DNA of 64,000 nt, taken from Bacteroidales bacterium (GTDB taxonomy: Bacteria; Bacteroidota; Bacteroidia; Bacteroidales; F082). Under the pieces are notes generated by a model, which worked only from the letters and a program-made list of their open reading frames with translations, ran no database searches and was not told the DNA's origin. Location: positions 45,390-109,389 of the forward strand of contig JAFXLL010000014.1 in NCBI GenBank assembly GCA_017531225.1, given 5' to 3'. A program made the position numbers and the translations under genes. Positions 10,269 through 19,199 of this stretch are shown here, piece by piece (position 1 is the first letter of the stretch; each line of letters starts with the position of its first letter).

Positions 10269-10742
10269 TTAATTTCTTTTGACGCGGGGTTTGGTTTCAT
10301 CCCATGAGCCGTCGGCAGCGGTGCTGTAGCCGTCGAAGGCGATGGTGTCAGGGGCGAGGAAGCCTTGTTCGTCGAAATAAAAGAGCTTGTATTCGGGACG
10401 GGGACCCAGGACCCAGACACGGCAGCGCAGCAGGCCGTCGTCGTAGCGACGATAGACAATGTGGCCGTCAGGAAGTGTATCGAAGCCGCCGTTGGAAAGG
10501 ACGTAGGTATTGGGTGTGTAATCTTCCAAGGCGGCAAGGCTGTCGGGATTTCGGATTTTGAGGCCCCTTGTAACGAAGGCGCCGCCGTCCATGCCCGTGC
10601 GGGCGGTTTCGTCCTCGTAGGCCTCGTCAGGCGTGAGCCAGGGGTCGTTATCGACAGGCGGCTTGGGATGCCAAAGGCCACAAGCCGTGAGCAAGCCAAG
10701 ACCGATGATCGGCAGCATAATGGATATTTTGAGTTTGTTCAT
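10269..10742 (-). CDS. Small lipoprotein, function unknown (GC-rich gene)
   Basis: 157 aa with lipobox LLTAC. It has a 3-nt gap to the upstream gene and a 17-nt gap to the downstream gene. GC is clearly higher than in the flanking genes. The C-terminal YKLFYFDEQGFLAPDTIAFDGYSTAADGSW resembles cell-wall/choline-binding-type aromatic repeats. Confidence 0.7.
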   Translation of the reverse strand: MNKLKISIMLPIIGLGLLTACGLWHPKPPVDNDPWLTPDEAYEDETARTGMDGGAFVTRGLKIRNPDSLAALEDYTPNTYVLSNGGFDTLPDGHIVYRRYDDGLLRCRVWVLGPRPEYKLFYFDEQGFLAPDTIAFDGYSTAADGSWDETKPRVKRN

Positions 10743-10745
10743 TAT

Positions 10746-13700
10746 TTATTCCTCCCATGCATAATTATAAGTGGTGCTTATTTTAGACATACTTCCATAA
10801 ACCTTGATGTATTCTGTTATGAAAAAGCCCACCGCGCCGGGTGTTCCTGGTTTAGATGGGGCGGAACCTTTGGCTACACCCACAACCTTTTTGTTGCTAT
10901 AGGAAGGTTTATCATCCCAATCACCTTCGTATTCGACACAGCCGTCCCATTGGCCTGTTGAAAACACAATGTCACCGTAAGACATGCCTTCTTTACCGCC
11001 TTTGATCTTTGGTTTCTCATTGGTCACCTTCAGGGTGATTTCCTCTCCGGGCATATACACGGATTTGGGCTTTTCGAAGTTGATTTCGCGGTCGCTGATC
11101 ATACCGTCTCTCTCAACATGGGCTGTGTAGTGTCCATTGCTACCCTGAATAGTGATGCCTTTAGCCGAGCCGGTGATCATACCTTGTTCGGTAGAAACTC
11201 CAGTATGGATCAGTTTCCAGTGGCCGCCGGTGACGGGTTTTTCCTTGACGGGCTTGGCTTTTTTGCCGCCGTCCACCCATTCGTAATGATAGGTAATTTT
11301 CAACTCAACGGTGTTGCCGGTGCTGCTGCGCACTGTTTCAATGATTAGGAAGGTGTTTCCAGTCCAGCCATATCCCTTGGTGGGAGCGATCCTGGTTCTA
11401 CAATCTTCACCAGCCGTACCAGTCGTGCCTGGTCCTGTATAGGTAGCACCCTCCTGTTCCCACCCAAAGGAACCTTGATAGCTCGGAACGTCGGTACAGC
11501 CGTAATCAAAGTTAGCCACTGAATGCCCGTGAATTACATTTTTAGCATTTGGTTCATCGGTAGGGGTAATCTTTGTGGCACCATATTGGATTTTTAAACG
11601 GATATTTTCCCCTGGGGTATAAATCTTTTTTGGTCGCTCCGTCTTTATTGTACGCTCGTGGGTGACTTTTATAAGAGGTTTCTTCCAATATTTTTCATAC
11701 CCGCACTCACCATGTACGAGATATACACCATCTTTCCCTTCTATGTAGTTGTTGTAAGTCAGGTTTTTATCGACCCCTTGGGCTGATATTTTACTGTCAT
11801 CCACTTCGGTTTTCACGAGCTGCCAATATCCGCCTTCAGGAACGTTTTCTGTTTCCAATTCTGGTTCCGGTTCCTCTTCGCCTACCCATTCGTAATTATA
11901 CACGAAGGTGACGGTGGCCATCAGGTCGGAGCCTTGTCGTTCTTTGATGGAGTAGGTTTGCGTCAGCGTGAACGATTTGGGGCCGTTCTTTTCCGGATGA
12001 CGGGCTTCGAAGGTAGTGGTACTGCCGCGGGGCCAGTTCACCTTGCCTACCGATGAGCGGCCGTTGTCTATCTTGTCTTTTTTCGACTGCGCGCAGGCGG
12101 CTTGGTCGGAGCTGGTGTTTTTCGCCTCAAATACAAACGGATCACTGACTTTCGTCAGGTAGGGATCATCGGCGATTTCCCAATGGGCTTTGTATTGCTG
12201 TGTGGGAATCCAGAACTTTGGAGGCTCCGTGTAAGTGAGTGTTCCTTCGATGAAAATGTCTTGCACATAGACGCGTCCGTTTTCCTTCGTTTTTTCCTCG
12301 GTGGCGCCCATGCCGGTGAATTCAAGGCTGCGGCCCGTTTTGGCTTCCTGCAGATCGATGCTGCGGTAGTCGCTGCTCACCTCGTCGTCGTTGCTTTGGT
12401 CAACATCGATGGAAGTGTTTTTCATCGTCATCCTACTGCTCACTTGTTTCCAGTAGTTGGTTTCGGGTTCCTTGGTCTGCACCACTTCTTCTTCGGGCTG
12501 GTCGCCTTTGGCGCCCCATTGTGCAGGTTCACCTATGGGCGACACGTAGGTGGTTTGTTCATCGGGCTTGTAGTACCATTGCAGTGAAAGCGTGAAGCTA
12601 TTGCCCTTTTTGCTGCAATCAGGTATTGTCCATGTTGCCTTTTTGCCGAAATTCTTGGGTTCGATTTCGCGGGTGTATTCTTCTCCGTTTTTGTCCTTAT
12701 AGGTCACCACAACGCCGGTGATGAGTTTTTCCTTGGTTAGCGCACGGGCTGGTTTGGGCACGATAAAGGTGATTTTGTCGTCTTTCACTTTGCGGATTTC
12801 TGGGGCCTCAGGTTTAAATAGGGCTACCGCGTAGTAATCGCACAAGGGGCCCTTGGATTGTGACGTAGTGACGACACCTAAATAATATCCGTTGTTTTTT
12901 TTCTTATTCAAAACCAAGTTCCCATTAACGTCTTTTCCGTTATAATCAGTCTTGGGGTTTCCCTCATAATAGAGAGTAGGTTTTACATTGGTCAAATGAT
13001 GCATTATGACATACTCTTGAAACTTGTAATCGGACATATAGAACGACACGTAGGGATTGTCACCTTTATGTTTTTTGTCCTTCGGCTTGCACACGACAAA
13101 TATGTGTGCAATACTGGAAGGGAGCCCTTTTCCTATCTCCAAATGGAAAGTGTTTACCGTGTAGTCCTGGGGTTTCGACAACTTGTCTATTTTTTCAATC
13201 GGGTTGGTAGGTTTTAAAAGTATATTTTTTGTAGCCACGTCCTCAGGGCATTTATAGTGTGTTTGACTATCTATGATTACCGGCAAGTATTTTTCTCCAA
13301 AATACCTCCATCCTTTGTTGAATTGCTCGCCATCAATACCCAAGGAGAACTTTATCCAGCCGATCCATCCACCGTCTGTAGAGTATTCAGCTTCTTTGCC
13401 AAGCTTGGACATGTGAGGCCCATGCAGAGAATAGCTATCCATGAAAGGCTTCATGGTCACAGACTCTTTCCCAACACCTTCCCGAATACCTTCTATGGCA
13501 TCACCATAAGTGTATTCTTCAGGCAAAGGGGAGAATATAGATCGTTCCTTTATCCTTTCAGGTCTAAGTTTCGTGATATGTGTATTGAAAGGGTAGCCGA
13601 ATATATGCTTTTCGTCACGGTCGGTTATCAATTTGCCTTCGGCATTCGTGGAAGTCGGGTCTTGTTCCGTAATGATGCCGTCTTTATACCACTTTTTGGC

Positions 13701-15014
13701 AGCATCCCTTTCCAGGACGGTGGCCGTTGCTTCGGCTGCTGCCGAACCCATTTTGGTAAGGGTGTAATAACTTTGCTGTCTGACGTGGAACAATTCATGG
13801 ACAAGGGTAACTTGAGTGTGGTCAGAGCTCTCTTTGTCTATTTTTGCTTTGGAATAATTGAGGACAACACAATGTCCATCAACCCAAAGCGATGCTGCAG
13901 CACCGTATGTCTCCGATTTTACTGAAGGTTCTTCCAACAAAAAGAAGGGTATTTCCTTATTCAGTTTGTGAAGTCCAATACTGTCCAAATATCGGTTTGC
14001 CCGAATGATTTGGTTTTTGATGGTCTCTATGCTTTTCGGGAGTTGGGCCGCAGGATCGGCGTTCAATTCTTTCATGACAGCATCGTCTTTAATCAATTTT
14101 TTTAAGATGCTATTATAGCCGATTTTCTCCTTGATTGCCCGAACCTGTTTTCCTGGAAACCAGTCTTCCCAAAAATAGGGTTTGATATGCTCCTTCTCAA
14201 GTTCTTTTTGGACACGGTCTTCAAAATCTTTTTTGGCCTGCTTTTCCAACTTGGCATATTGCTTCTGATACTTTTCTCTCCGTTTTGCAAATTCAGTATA
14301 GCCATCAGGATTCTCTGTATCCCGAAACCGGAAATGCAACACAAAATTTCCACTTTTATCGGAAACAGGAAGCACAAAAGCCGTATTATCAAAATAATAA
14401 TAATCAATAATAGTGTGAAATTCTGAAGCAACTATCTTGGCCAAAAACTTCCAATAGGGCTTCACTTGATGATTAATCAAGTATAACGGATCTCCCACAC
14501 AATTGATTACGATTGAAACAAAAGAGTTCTGATTGCTCTTGAAAGAGAGTTTTCCGTCGGCTAACTGTGTGTTGTATCGGTAAGCTCCCATTTTCTTTCC
14601 GTTTTTGGCAACACGGTACACGCATATATTCTCTTGCAGGTTTTCAGGAATGCCCATCTTGTTCAGGTCTATCACCACATCGTAGTCGCCAGGGAGAAAT
14701 TCGCCTGGTTTCATGCCTGCATCGAGGTCAAAGACCATAAAAGGTGTTAGATCTTCTGTTTCCAACAGTTCTACTACCTTGTCATAAGTCTTGTCGTCTA
14801 CGGGTGTCAGCTTGAACTCCCGGTTCTTATCCAAGGCGTTCTTGGGCGCGCTGATGGTGATGCCTTCGACAGGCTCTATCTTGAAAGGCTTGCTGTGCCC
14901 GACAACGATTTGTTCTTTCTTGCTGTTGGATGAGGTTTCGCTCAGAATCAAATAGCCTGCGGCTCCGAGGATGACGGTCGCGATGAGGATCCATTTGAGG
15001 AGGTTCTTGTTCAT
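10746..15014 (-). CDS. Giant N-terminally membrane-anchored protein with HELFHxRQQ zincin-like motif and three C-terminal private repeat modules
   Basis: ORF-track ORF is 10746..15062. I prefer the internal start MNKNLLKWILIATVILGAAGYLILSE (ATG at 15014), which matches the paralog N-terminus and removes the overlap with the upstream gene. HELFH lies at 13785-13799, with a conserved Glu 18 residues after the second His. Confidence 0.8.
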   Translation of the reverse strand: MNKNLLKWILIATVILGAAGYLILSETSSNSKKEQIVVGHSKPFKIEPVEGITISAPKNALDKNREFKLTPVDDKTYDKVVELLETEDLTPFMVFDLDAGMKPGEFLPGDYDVVIDLNKMGIPENLQENICVYRVAKNGKKMGAYRYNTQLADGKLSFKSNQNSFVSIVINCVGDPLYLINHQVKPYWKFLAKIVASEFHTIIDYYYFDNTAFVLPVSDKSGNFVLHFRFRDTENPDGYTEFAKRREKYQKQYAKLEKQAKKDFEDRVQKELEKEHIKPYFWEDWFPGKQVRAIKEKIGYNSILKKLIKDDAVMKELNADPAAQLPKSIETIKNQIIRANRYLDSIGLHKLNKEIPFFLLEEPSVKSETYGAAASLWVDGHCVVLNYSKAKIDKESSDHTQVTLVHELFHVRQQSYYTLTKMGSAAAEATATVLERDAAKKWYKDGIITEQDPTSTNAEGKLITDRDEKHIFGYPFNTHITKLRPERIKERSIFSPLPEEYTYGDAIEGIREGVGKESVTMKPFMDSYSLHGPHMSKLGKEAEYSTDGGWIGWIKFSLGIDGEQFNKGWRYFGEKYLPVIIDSQTHYKCPEDVATKNILLKPTNPIEKIDKLSKPQDYTVNTFHLEIGKGLPSSIAHIFVVCKPKDKKHKGDNPYVSFYMSDYKFQEYVIMHHLTNVKPTLYYEGNPKTDYNGKDVNGNLVLNKKKNNGYYLGVVTTSQSKGPLCDYYAVALFKPEAPEIRKVKDDKITFIVPKPARALTKEKLITGVVVTYKDKNGEEYTREIEPKNFGKKATWTIPDCSKKGNSFTLSLQWYYKPDEQTTYVSPIGEPAQWGAKGDQPEEEVVQTKEPETNYWKQVSSRMTMKNTSIDVDQSNDDEVSSDYRSIDLQEAKTGRSLEFTGMGATEEKTKENGRVYVQDIFIEGTLTYTEPPKFWIPTQQYKAHWEIADDPYLTKVSDPFVFEAKNTSSDQAACAQSKKDKIDNGRSSVGKVNWPRGSTTTFEARHPEKNGPKSFTLTQTYSIKERQGSDLMATVTFVYNYEWVGEEEPEPELETENVPEGGYWQLVKTEVDDSKISAQGVDKNLTYNNYIEGKDGVYLVHGECGYEKYWKKPLIKVTHERTIKTERPKKIYTPGENIRLKIQYGATKITPTDEPNAKNVIHGHSVANFDYGCTDVPSYQGSFGWEQEGATYTGPGTTGTAGEDCRTRIAPTKGYGWTGNTFLIIETVRSSTGNTVELKITYHYEWVDGGKKAKPVKEKPVTGGHWKLIHTGVSTEQGMITGSAKGITIQGSNGHYTAHVERDGMISDREINFEKPKSVYMPGEEITLKVTNEKPKIKGGKEGMSYGDIVFSTGQWDGCVEYEGDWDDKPSYSNKKVVGVAKGSAPSKPGTPGAVGFFITEYIKVYGSMSKISTTYNYAWEE

Positions 15015-15034
15015 GATGTTTATCGGTTGAGTTG

Positions 15035-18000
15035 TTACTTTTCTGTTTTGGGAGACACCCATTCGTAGGTATAAACTTTTTGGAAATAACAGTTTTCTGA
15101 GATGATGACTCGCTGTATGATTTTGAAACCATCTGGATAGAATAGGTCATGATCGGGAATGGAGAAAGCGCTTCCTTCATGACTCCTCTTGCGTTCATCA
15201 AATTCATAATGATTGAGGGCCCTTAACCGTTTTGGGAATTCAGTTTCAAAATCCAACTTTTCTAGACTAAAGCTTCCCGTTCCCCATAGATACGGCGTTG
15301 AATTGTCGCCCACACCCCTGTTTTTTGTAGTTATGGTCGCTTCGCTTTCTGTCATGGAGGGCCCTGGTTCATTTTCCTTATAGTATTGTTTTGGAGTCTC
15401 GAAGGTGTAGTCGCGGTCAACGGTATAAATCACCCCTCTGCCCACTTCACGATTGATACCGTCACTCCCTTTTTCGGTAATTCCCCCCACGATGTCCATG
15501 TGCAGATGACACTGTCCTGCACCACCACTAATGACATGGTTGGACCCGTTTTTATCCTTATAGGTCGTATGTGAGTCATCCGCTTCGGTCTTGACCAGTT
15601 GCCAATACCCGCCTTCTGGAGCGGTTTCCTCTTCCTTCTCTTCTTTTTCAGGCTCGCCCTCTACCCATTCATAGTAATAGGTGATGTAAGCGACAGCGTT
15701 AAGGCCGGAGCCTCCGCTGATGGTGTATTTCTGCTCGATGGTGAACTCTTTGGGGTCGTTTTTCCCTGGTTTGTTGGTCTTGTAGACGGTCTTCACCTGA
15801 TGGAGCCACTTGGCATCAGCGGTCTTGGAGTTCATTTCCGTCACCTTGTCTTTGCCCTTTTGGCAAGCTTTGGGTTCGGAGGTGGTGTTTTCCACGGAGA
15901 AGGTGAAGGGGTGATTCATCTTGTCAACGAAGGGATCTTGCTCGGTGTACCACTCGCAAGTATAGTTGGTGTTGGCGGGCCATTGCTTGGGCGGCTCGGT
16001 GAAGCTGACGTAGCCGTCTAAGCAAGTCTCCGGTTTGAAGAGGGTCTTACCGTTCTCTTTGACTTTCCTGGAGGCCATGCCCGTGAATTCAGCTTCGTTT
16101 GCACCGCTCGCGAACTTCATCGTGATGCCGCGCACATCATGAGTGGCGAAACCATCGCTGTCGAGTTCGCTTTCATCTATTTTCTGCCCTTCCACCTTGC
16201 CGGTGGCACTCACCTGCTTCCAGTAGCCTTCCTTCTCGTCAATCTTGACGGGTTCTTCTTTCTTTTTCTCCTCGACTTTCATCGCACCATGCACGACAGG
16301 CTTGGATTCGGGGGAAATGTAGGTGGTCTCCGCATCTGGCTTGAAGTACCAGTGTAGGGTTATTTTAAAGTCCTTTTCTTGGATTCCCGGCAGATTGTTG
16401 ATGCTGTATTTCTTGCCGAAATACTTGGGTTCAATGTCATAGGTCTTGGTGCTCCCGTCGGCAAACTTGAGGGTCGCCACAGCTCCGCTCAGCAATTTTT
16501 CCTTCATGATTTTGGTTGGAGCCTTGGGCATGATGAAACCGAGTGCGTCTTTTTTGGCTGTGAGTTTTTTGGGCGCATCGGGTGCGTAGAGGGCAACGAT
16601 GAAATAGTCGTTGTTCTCTCCCTGTGACATGGTCGTTGCTATGGCTGCAAGTGGGAATGTGCTGTGTTTCGTACAATATAGGTTTGGCTTCAGCGGAACC
16701 AAGTGGTCACTTGCATCTACCGTTCCCGAAAAATCATAGGGGTAAAGATAAAACTTCAAATAGGGATTCCAAGCCTGTTGGCCTTTTCTGTTTGAAGGGC
16801 TTACAAACACATTGGCGGGCTCGGTGTGGAAACCTTTGCCGGGTGTCCTTTCCGATTTCAAGTCTATTCTAAAGGTGTTGATAGTATAGTCTTTCGGCTT
16901 CTCGAGTTTTTCCAATTTCGAGATGGGATGGTCTTTGGAGAGCTCTATGATGGTTGTGGCCGCGTCCTTCGGAGTGGTTCCCGCCATTTGGCTATTGTAA
17001 ATCCTGTTCAGGTTGGTTTCTCCAAAATAGAACCAACCGTCGTCAAATTGTTGGTCATCGATGTCAAGAGACTTTTTTATCCAACCTTTCCAACCTGAAG
17101 TGTGGGGTCCGAACAGAGAATAATTGGCGGCAAAGAAGTACATGGTCATGAATTCCTTGTTGGACCGTTTCCGGATGCCCTCAATGGCATAAGACAAGGA
17201 ATAAGCGGCATCGACAGCGTCGCCTGACGGAACGAGCGACATGGCTTTTTCCAGTGGGTATGCAAAGACATAATTCTGGTCACGGTCAGTGCATATTTTC
17301 CTTGCGCCTTGCACAGTGGAGGCATCTGTCTTGAAGACTTTGTTTTTGTACCACTGAATGGCGGCATCGTCTTCCAATGTCGCAGCCGTCGATTCCGCTG
17401 GTGCGGAATTCATCGCGACAAGCGCATAATAACTTTGCTGCCGGGCATGAAAAAGCTCATGAACGATGGTACACTGGAACTTTTCCCATAGTTCGTCGGT
17501 TTGACTGTGTTTATAATTCAGCAAAAGGAAGGCATTCCCGCAGAAATAATACTTTTGCGCCACCCCACAGATTTTGTCGCCTATAACGGAACCATTCACT
17601 AAGTAGATTGGCATTTCGTAGTTAAACGGATGAAGCCCTATGCTGTTCAGGTATTCATTAGCCCTGATAACCTGTTCCTTAATTTTCTGGATACTTGGCG
17701 GGAGGCTGCCTGCTGGGTCAGTATTCAAACGGGTCAAAACCGTGTCTTTTTTGATTAAGTTCTCGAGGATTTCTTCCTTGGAGATGCTTTCCCTGATGGC
17801 TTCGACTTGTTTTTTGGAGAATAGTTTTTGCCAGAAGGAGTATCCCTTTTGCTGATCCTTCACCTCCTGATCCACTTTTGCCTCATATTTGGCATTCGCC
17901 AGTTTTTCCAACTCCTCCAAACGATCAAAAGCCGCTTTCTCGTTGTCTATGAAAGCTTGGTAGCCATCGGGGCGTTCGGTGTCGGAAAAACGGAAATGAA

Positions 18001-18688
18001 GGACAAAATCACCACTGGTGTCTTGGATTGGAACAGCCAAAGAAGTGGAGTTACCGGAAAAGAACTTTCTTATGGAAGTGGTGCCATTAGAGGCTGGTGC
18101 ATACTCAAAAATGCGTCTCCCAACTTGAATAGCCATGGTAATTCCGCCCAAGGTCGCAAGTGCTCCGATGATAATGGAATTTTGATTGCTCTTGAATGAG
18201 AGTTTTCCATGGTCAAGATGCGTTTTGTATCGGAGAAATTCAAATGATTTGTCAGAGTCCACGGCACGATACACGACAAATTGGTCTTGGAGCTCTCTGG
18301 GTATGCCCATCTTATCCAAGTCCCACACGACATCGACATCTCCCGGCAAATGCTCATCGGATTGTAGTCCAGCATCGAATTCGAAGACAAAAAGCGGCTT
18401 GATGTACGTGTTGTCGTAAGCCTTTGTCACCTTTTCGTAGGTTTTGTCATCCACCGCCGTGAGCTTAAACTCCCTGTCCTTATCCAAGGCGTTCTTGGGC
18501 GCACTGATGGTGATGCCTTCAACGGGCACAATCTTGAAAGGCTTGCTGTGGCCTACTACGATTTGCTCTTTTTTGCCTTTAGGGCGCGAACTCTTCTTGC
18601 CTGAGGGCATTTCGCTAAGAATCAAATAAGCGGCGGCACCGAGGATGACAACCGCGATGAGAATCCATTTGAGGAGATTTCGGTTCAT
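15035..18688 (-). CDS. Giant N-terminally membrane-anchored protein with HELFHxRQQ zincin-like motif and two C-terminal private repeat modules (paralog of 10746..15014)
   Basis: 1217 aa. N-terminus is MNRNLLKWILIAVVILGAAAYLILSE. HELFH lies at 17447-17461. It is collinear with its paralog through the N-terminal ~700 aa. Confidence 0.8.
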   Translation of the reverse strand: MNRNLLKWILIAVVILGAAAYLILSEMPSGKKSSRPKGKKEQIVVGHSKPFKIVPVEGITISAPKNALDKDREFKLTAVDDKTYEKVTKAYDNTYIKPLFVFEFDAGLQSDEHLPGDVDVVWDLDKMGIPRELQDQFVVYRAVDSDKSFEFLRYKTHLDHGKLSFKSNQNSIIIGALATLGGITMAIQVGRRIFEYAPASNGTTSIRKFFSGNSTSLAVPIQDTSGDFVLHFRFSDTERPDGYQAFIDNEKAAFDRLEELEKLANAKYEAKVDQEVKDQQKGYSFWQKLFSKKQVEAIRESISKEEILENLIKKDTVLTRLNTDPAGSLPPSIQKIKEQVIRANEYLNSIGLHPFNYEMPIYLVNGSVIGDKICGVAQKYYFCGNAFLLLNYKHSQTDELWEKFQCTIVHELFHARQQSYYALVAMNSAPAESTAATLEDDAAIQWYKNKVFKTDASTVQGARKICTDRDQNYVFAYPLEKAMSLVPSGDAVDAAYSLSYAIEGIRKRSNKEFMTMYFFAANYSLFGPHTSGWKGWIKKSLDIDDQQFDDGWFYFGETNLNRIYNSQMAGTTPKDAATTIIELSKDHPISKLEKLEKPKDYTINTFRIDLKSERTPGKGFHTEPANVFVSPSNRKGQQAWNPYLKFYLYPYDFSGTVDASDHLVPLKPNLYCTKHSTFPLAAIATTMSQGENNDYFIVALYAPDAPKKLTAKKDALGFIMPKAPTKIMKEKLLSGAVATLKFADGSTKTYDIEPKYFGKKYSINNLPGIQEKDFKITLHWYFKPDAETTYISPESKPVVHGAMKVEEKKKEEPVKIDEKEGYWKQVSATGKVEGQKIDESELDSDGFATHDVRGITMKFASGANEAEFTGMASRKVKENGKTLFKPETCLDGYVSFTEPPKQWPANTNYTCEWYTEQDPFVDKMNHPFTFSVENTTSEPKACQKGKDKVTEMNSKTADAKWLHQVKTVYKTNKPGKNDPKEFTIEQKYTISGGSGLNAVAYITYYYEWVEGEPEKEEKEEETAPEGGYWQLVKTEADDSHTTYKDKNGSNHVISGGAGQCHLHMDIVGGITEKGSDGINREVGRGVIYTVDRDYTFETPKQYYKENEPGPSMTESEATITTKNRGVGDNSTPYLWGTGSFSLEKLDFETEFPKRLRALNHYEFDERKRSHEGSAFSIPDHDLFYPDGFKIIQRVIISENCYFQKVYTYEWVSPKTEK

Positions 18689-18695
18689 AAGACCA

Positions 18696-19037
18696 TTATT
18701 TCGTTAACAACGCAATTAAAATAAAGATGGCAAGAATGATGGCAAAAGCGATCAACTTGCCCTTGCTGATGAATGTGATTTGCGGTTTTCCGATTTCAAT
18801 TTTTGGTTTGAATTGCTTCCAATCAATGCCATTGGTTGGTTTTTCATCGGCAGCATCAACAAACTCATGCAGGGTTTGCTTTTTCGGTTGTTTTGGTTGC
18901 TGAGGTTGTTGAGGTTGTTTGTACTCTTGTTGGGGTTTAGGTTGTTGTGTTGGTACAGCAACTTGGGCTCCACAATTGGTGCAAAAACGTACGCCCTCTT
19001 GTAACGGGGCTCCGCATTGATTACAAAACTTAGGCAT
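18696..19037 (-). CDS. Small zinc-ribbon protein with P/Q-rich linker and C-terminal transmembrane anchor
   Basis: I use the internal start MPKFCNQCGAPLQEGVRFCTNCGAQV (ATG at 19037). The 216-aa track ORF would extend through the promoter region. The C-terminal LIAFAIILAIFILIALL is a TM segment. There is a 7-nt gap to the next gene. Confidence 0.7.
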   Translation of the reverse strand: MPKFCNQCGAPLQEGVRFCTNCGAQVAVPTQQPKPQQEYKQPQQPQQPKQPKKQTLHEFVDAADEKPTNGIDWKQFKPKIEIGKPQITFISKGKLIAFAIILAIFILIALLTK

Positions 19038-19051
19038 GGCAAATAAATTTT

Positions 19052-19059
19052 TAGTTTTG
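19052..19059 (+). promoter_or_regulatory. Candidate -7 box (TAGTTTTG) for the Kelch/AraC regulator gene
   Basis: Matches TAnnTTTG on the plus strand, back-to-back with the minus-strand box. It lies ~140 nt upstream of the ATG at 19200. Confidence 0.3.
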
Positions 19060-19061
19060 TG

Positions 19062-19069
19062 CAAATTTA
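19062..19069 (-). promoter_or_regulatory. Candidate -7 box (TAAATTTG) for the five-gene operon
   Basis: Reverse complement of caaattta matches TAnnTTTG, ~25 nt upstream of the ATG at 19037. Confidence 0.45.
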
Positions 19070-19100
19070 AGGATGCCGCCGCTAACTTGTTATTTTCCAA

Positions 19101-19155
19101 AGGTGACGATTTCAATAAATTTAGGTGACAATTTCTAAAAAAAGGTGACAATTTC
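19101..19155. promoter_or_regulatory. Three direct repeats AGGTGAC(G/A)ATTTC; candidate operator array
   Basis: Copies at 19101-19113, 19123-19135 and 19143-19155 (start spacing 22 and 20 nt). They lie between the divergent operon and the AraC-type regulator gene. A fourth GTGACA half-site sits at 19195-19200. Confidence 0.55.
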
Positions 19156-19199
19156 CCCAAAAAGCAATTACGGAGGGTTAAAACACCTATCTTTGTGAC

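Noticed and set aside
10091-10961. Several long overlapping ORFs (10091..10699 minus, 10304..10561 plus, 10365..10961 plus) over the small lipoprotein gene
   Set aside because: - They are a by-product of the locally high GC, which leaves few stop codons.
- Their products are Arg/Pro/Ala-rich low-complexity sequence without start context.
- Only the 10269..10742 frame has a lipoprotein signal and fits the operon spacing.
19188-19195. TATCTTTG (TAnnTTTG match) immediately upstream of the regulator ATG at 19200
   Set aside because: - The box ends 4 nt before the ATG, so transcription would start inside or after the start codon.
- The next in-frame Met would delete the lipoprotein signal.
- This is probably a chance match. 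TAnnTTTG is expected by chance roughly once per 4 kb per strand, and more often in AT-rich DNA.
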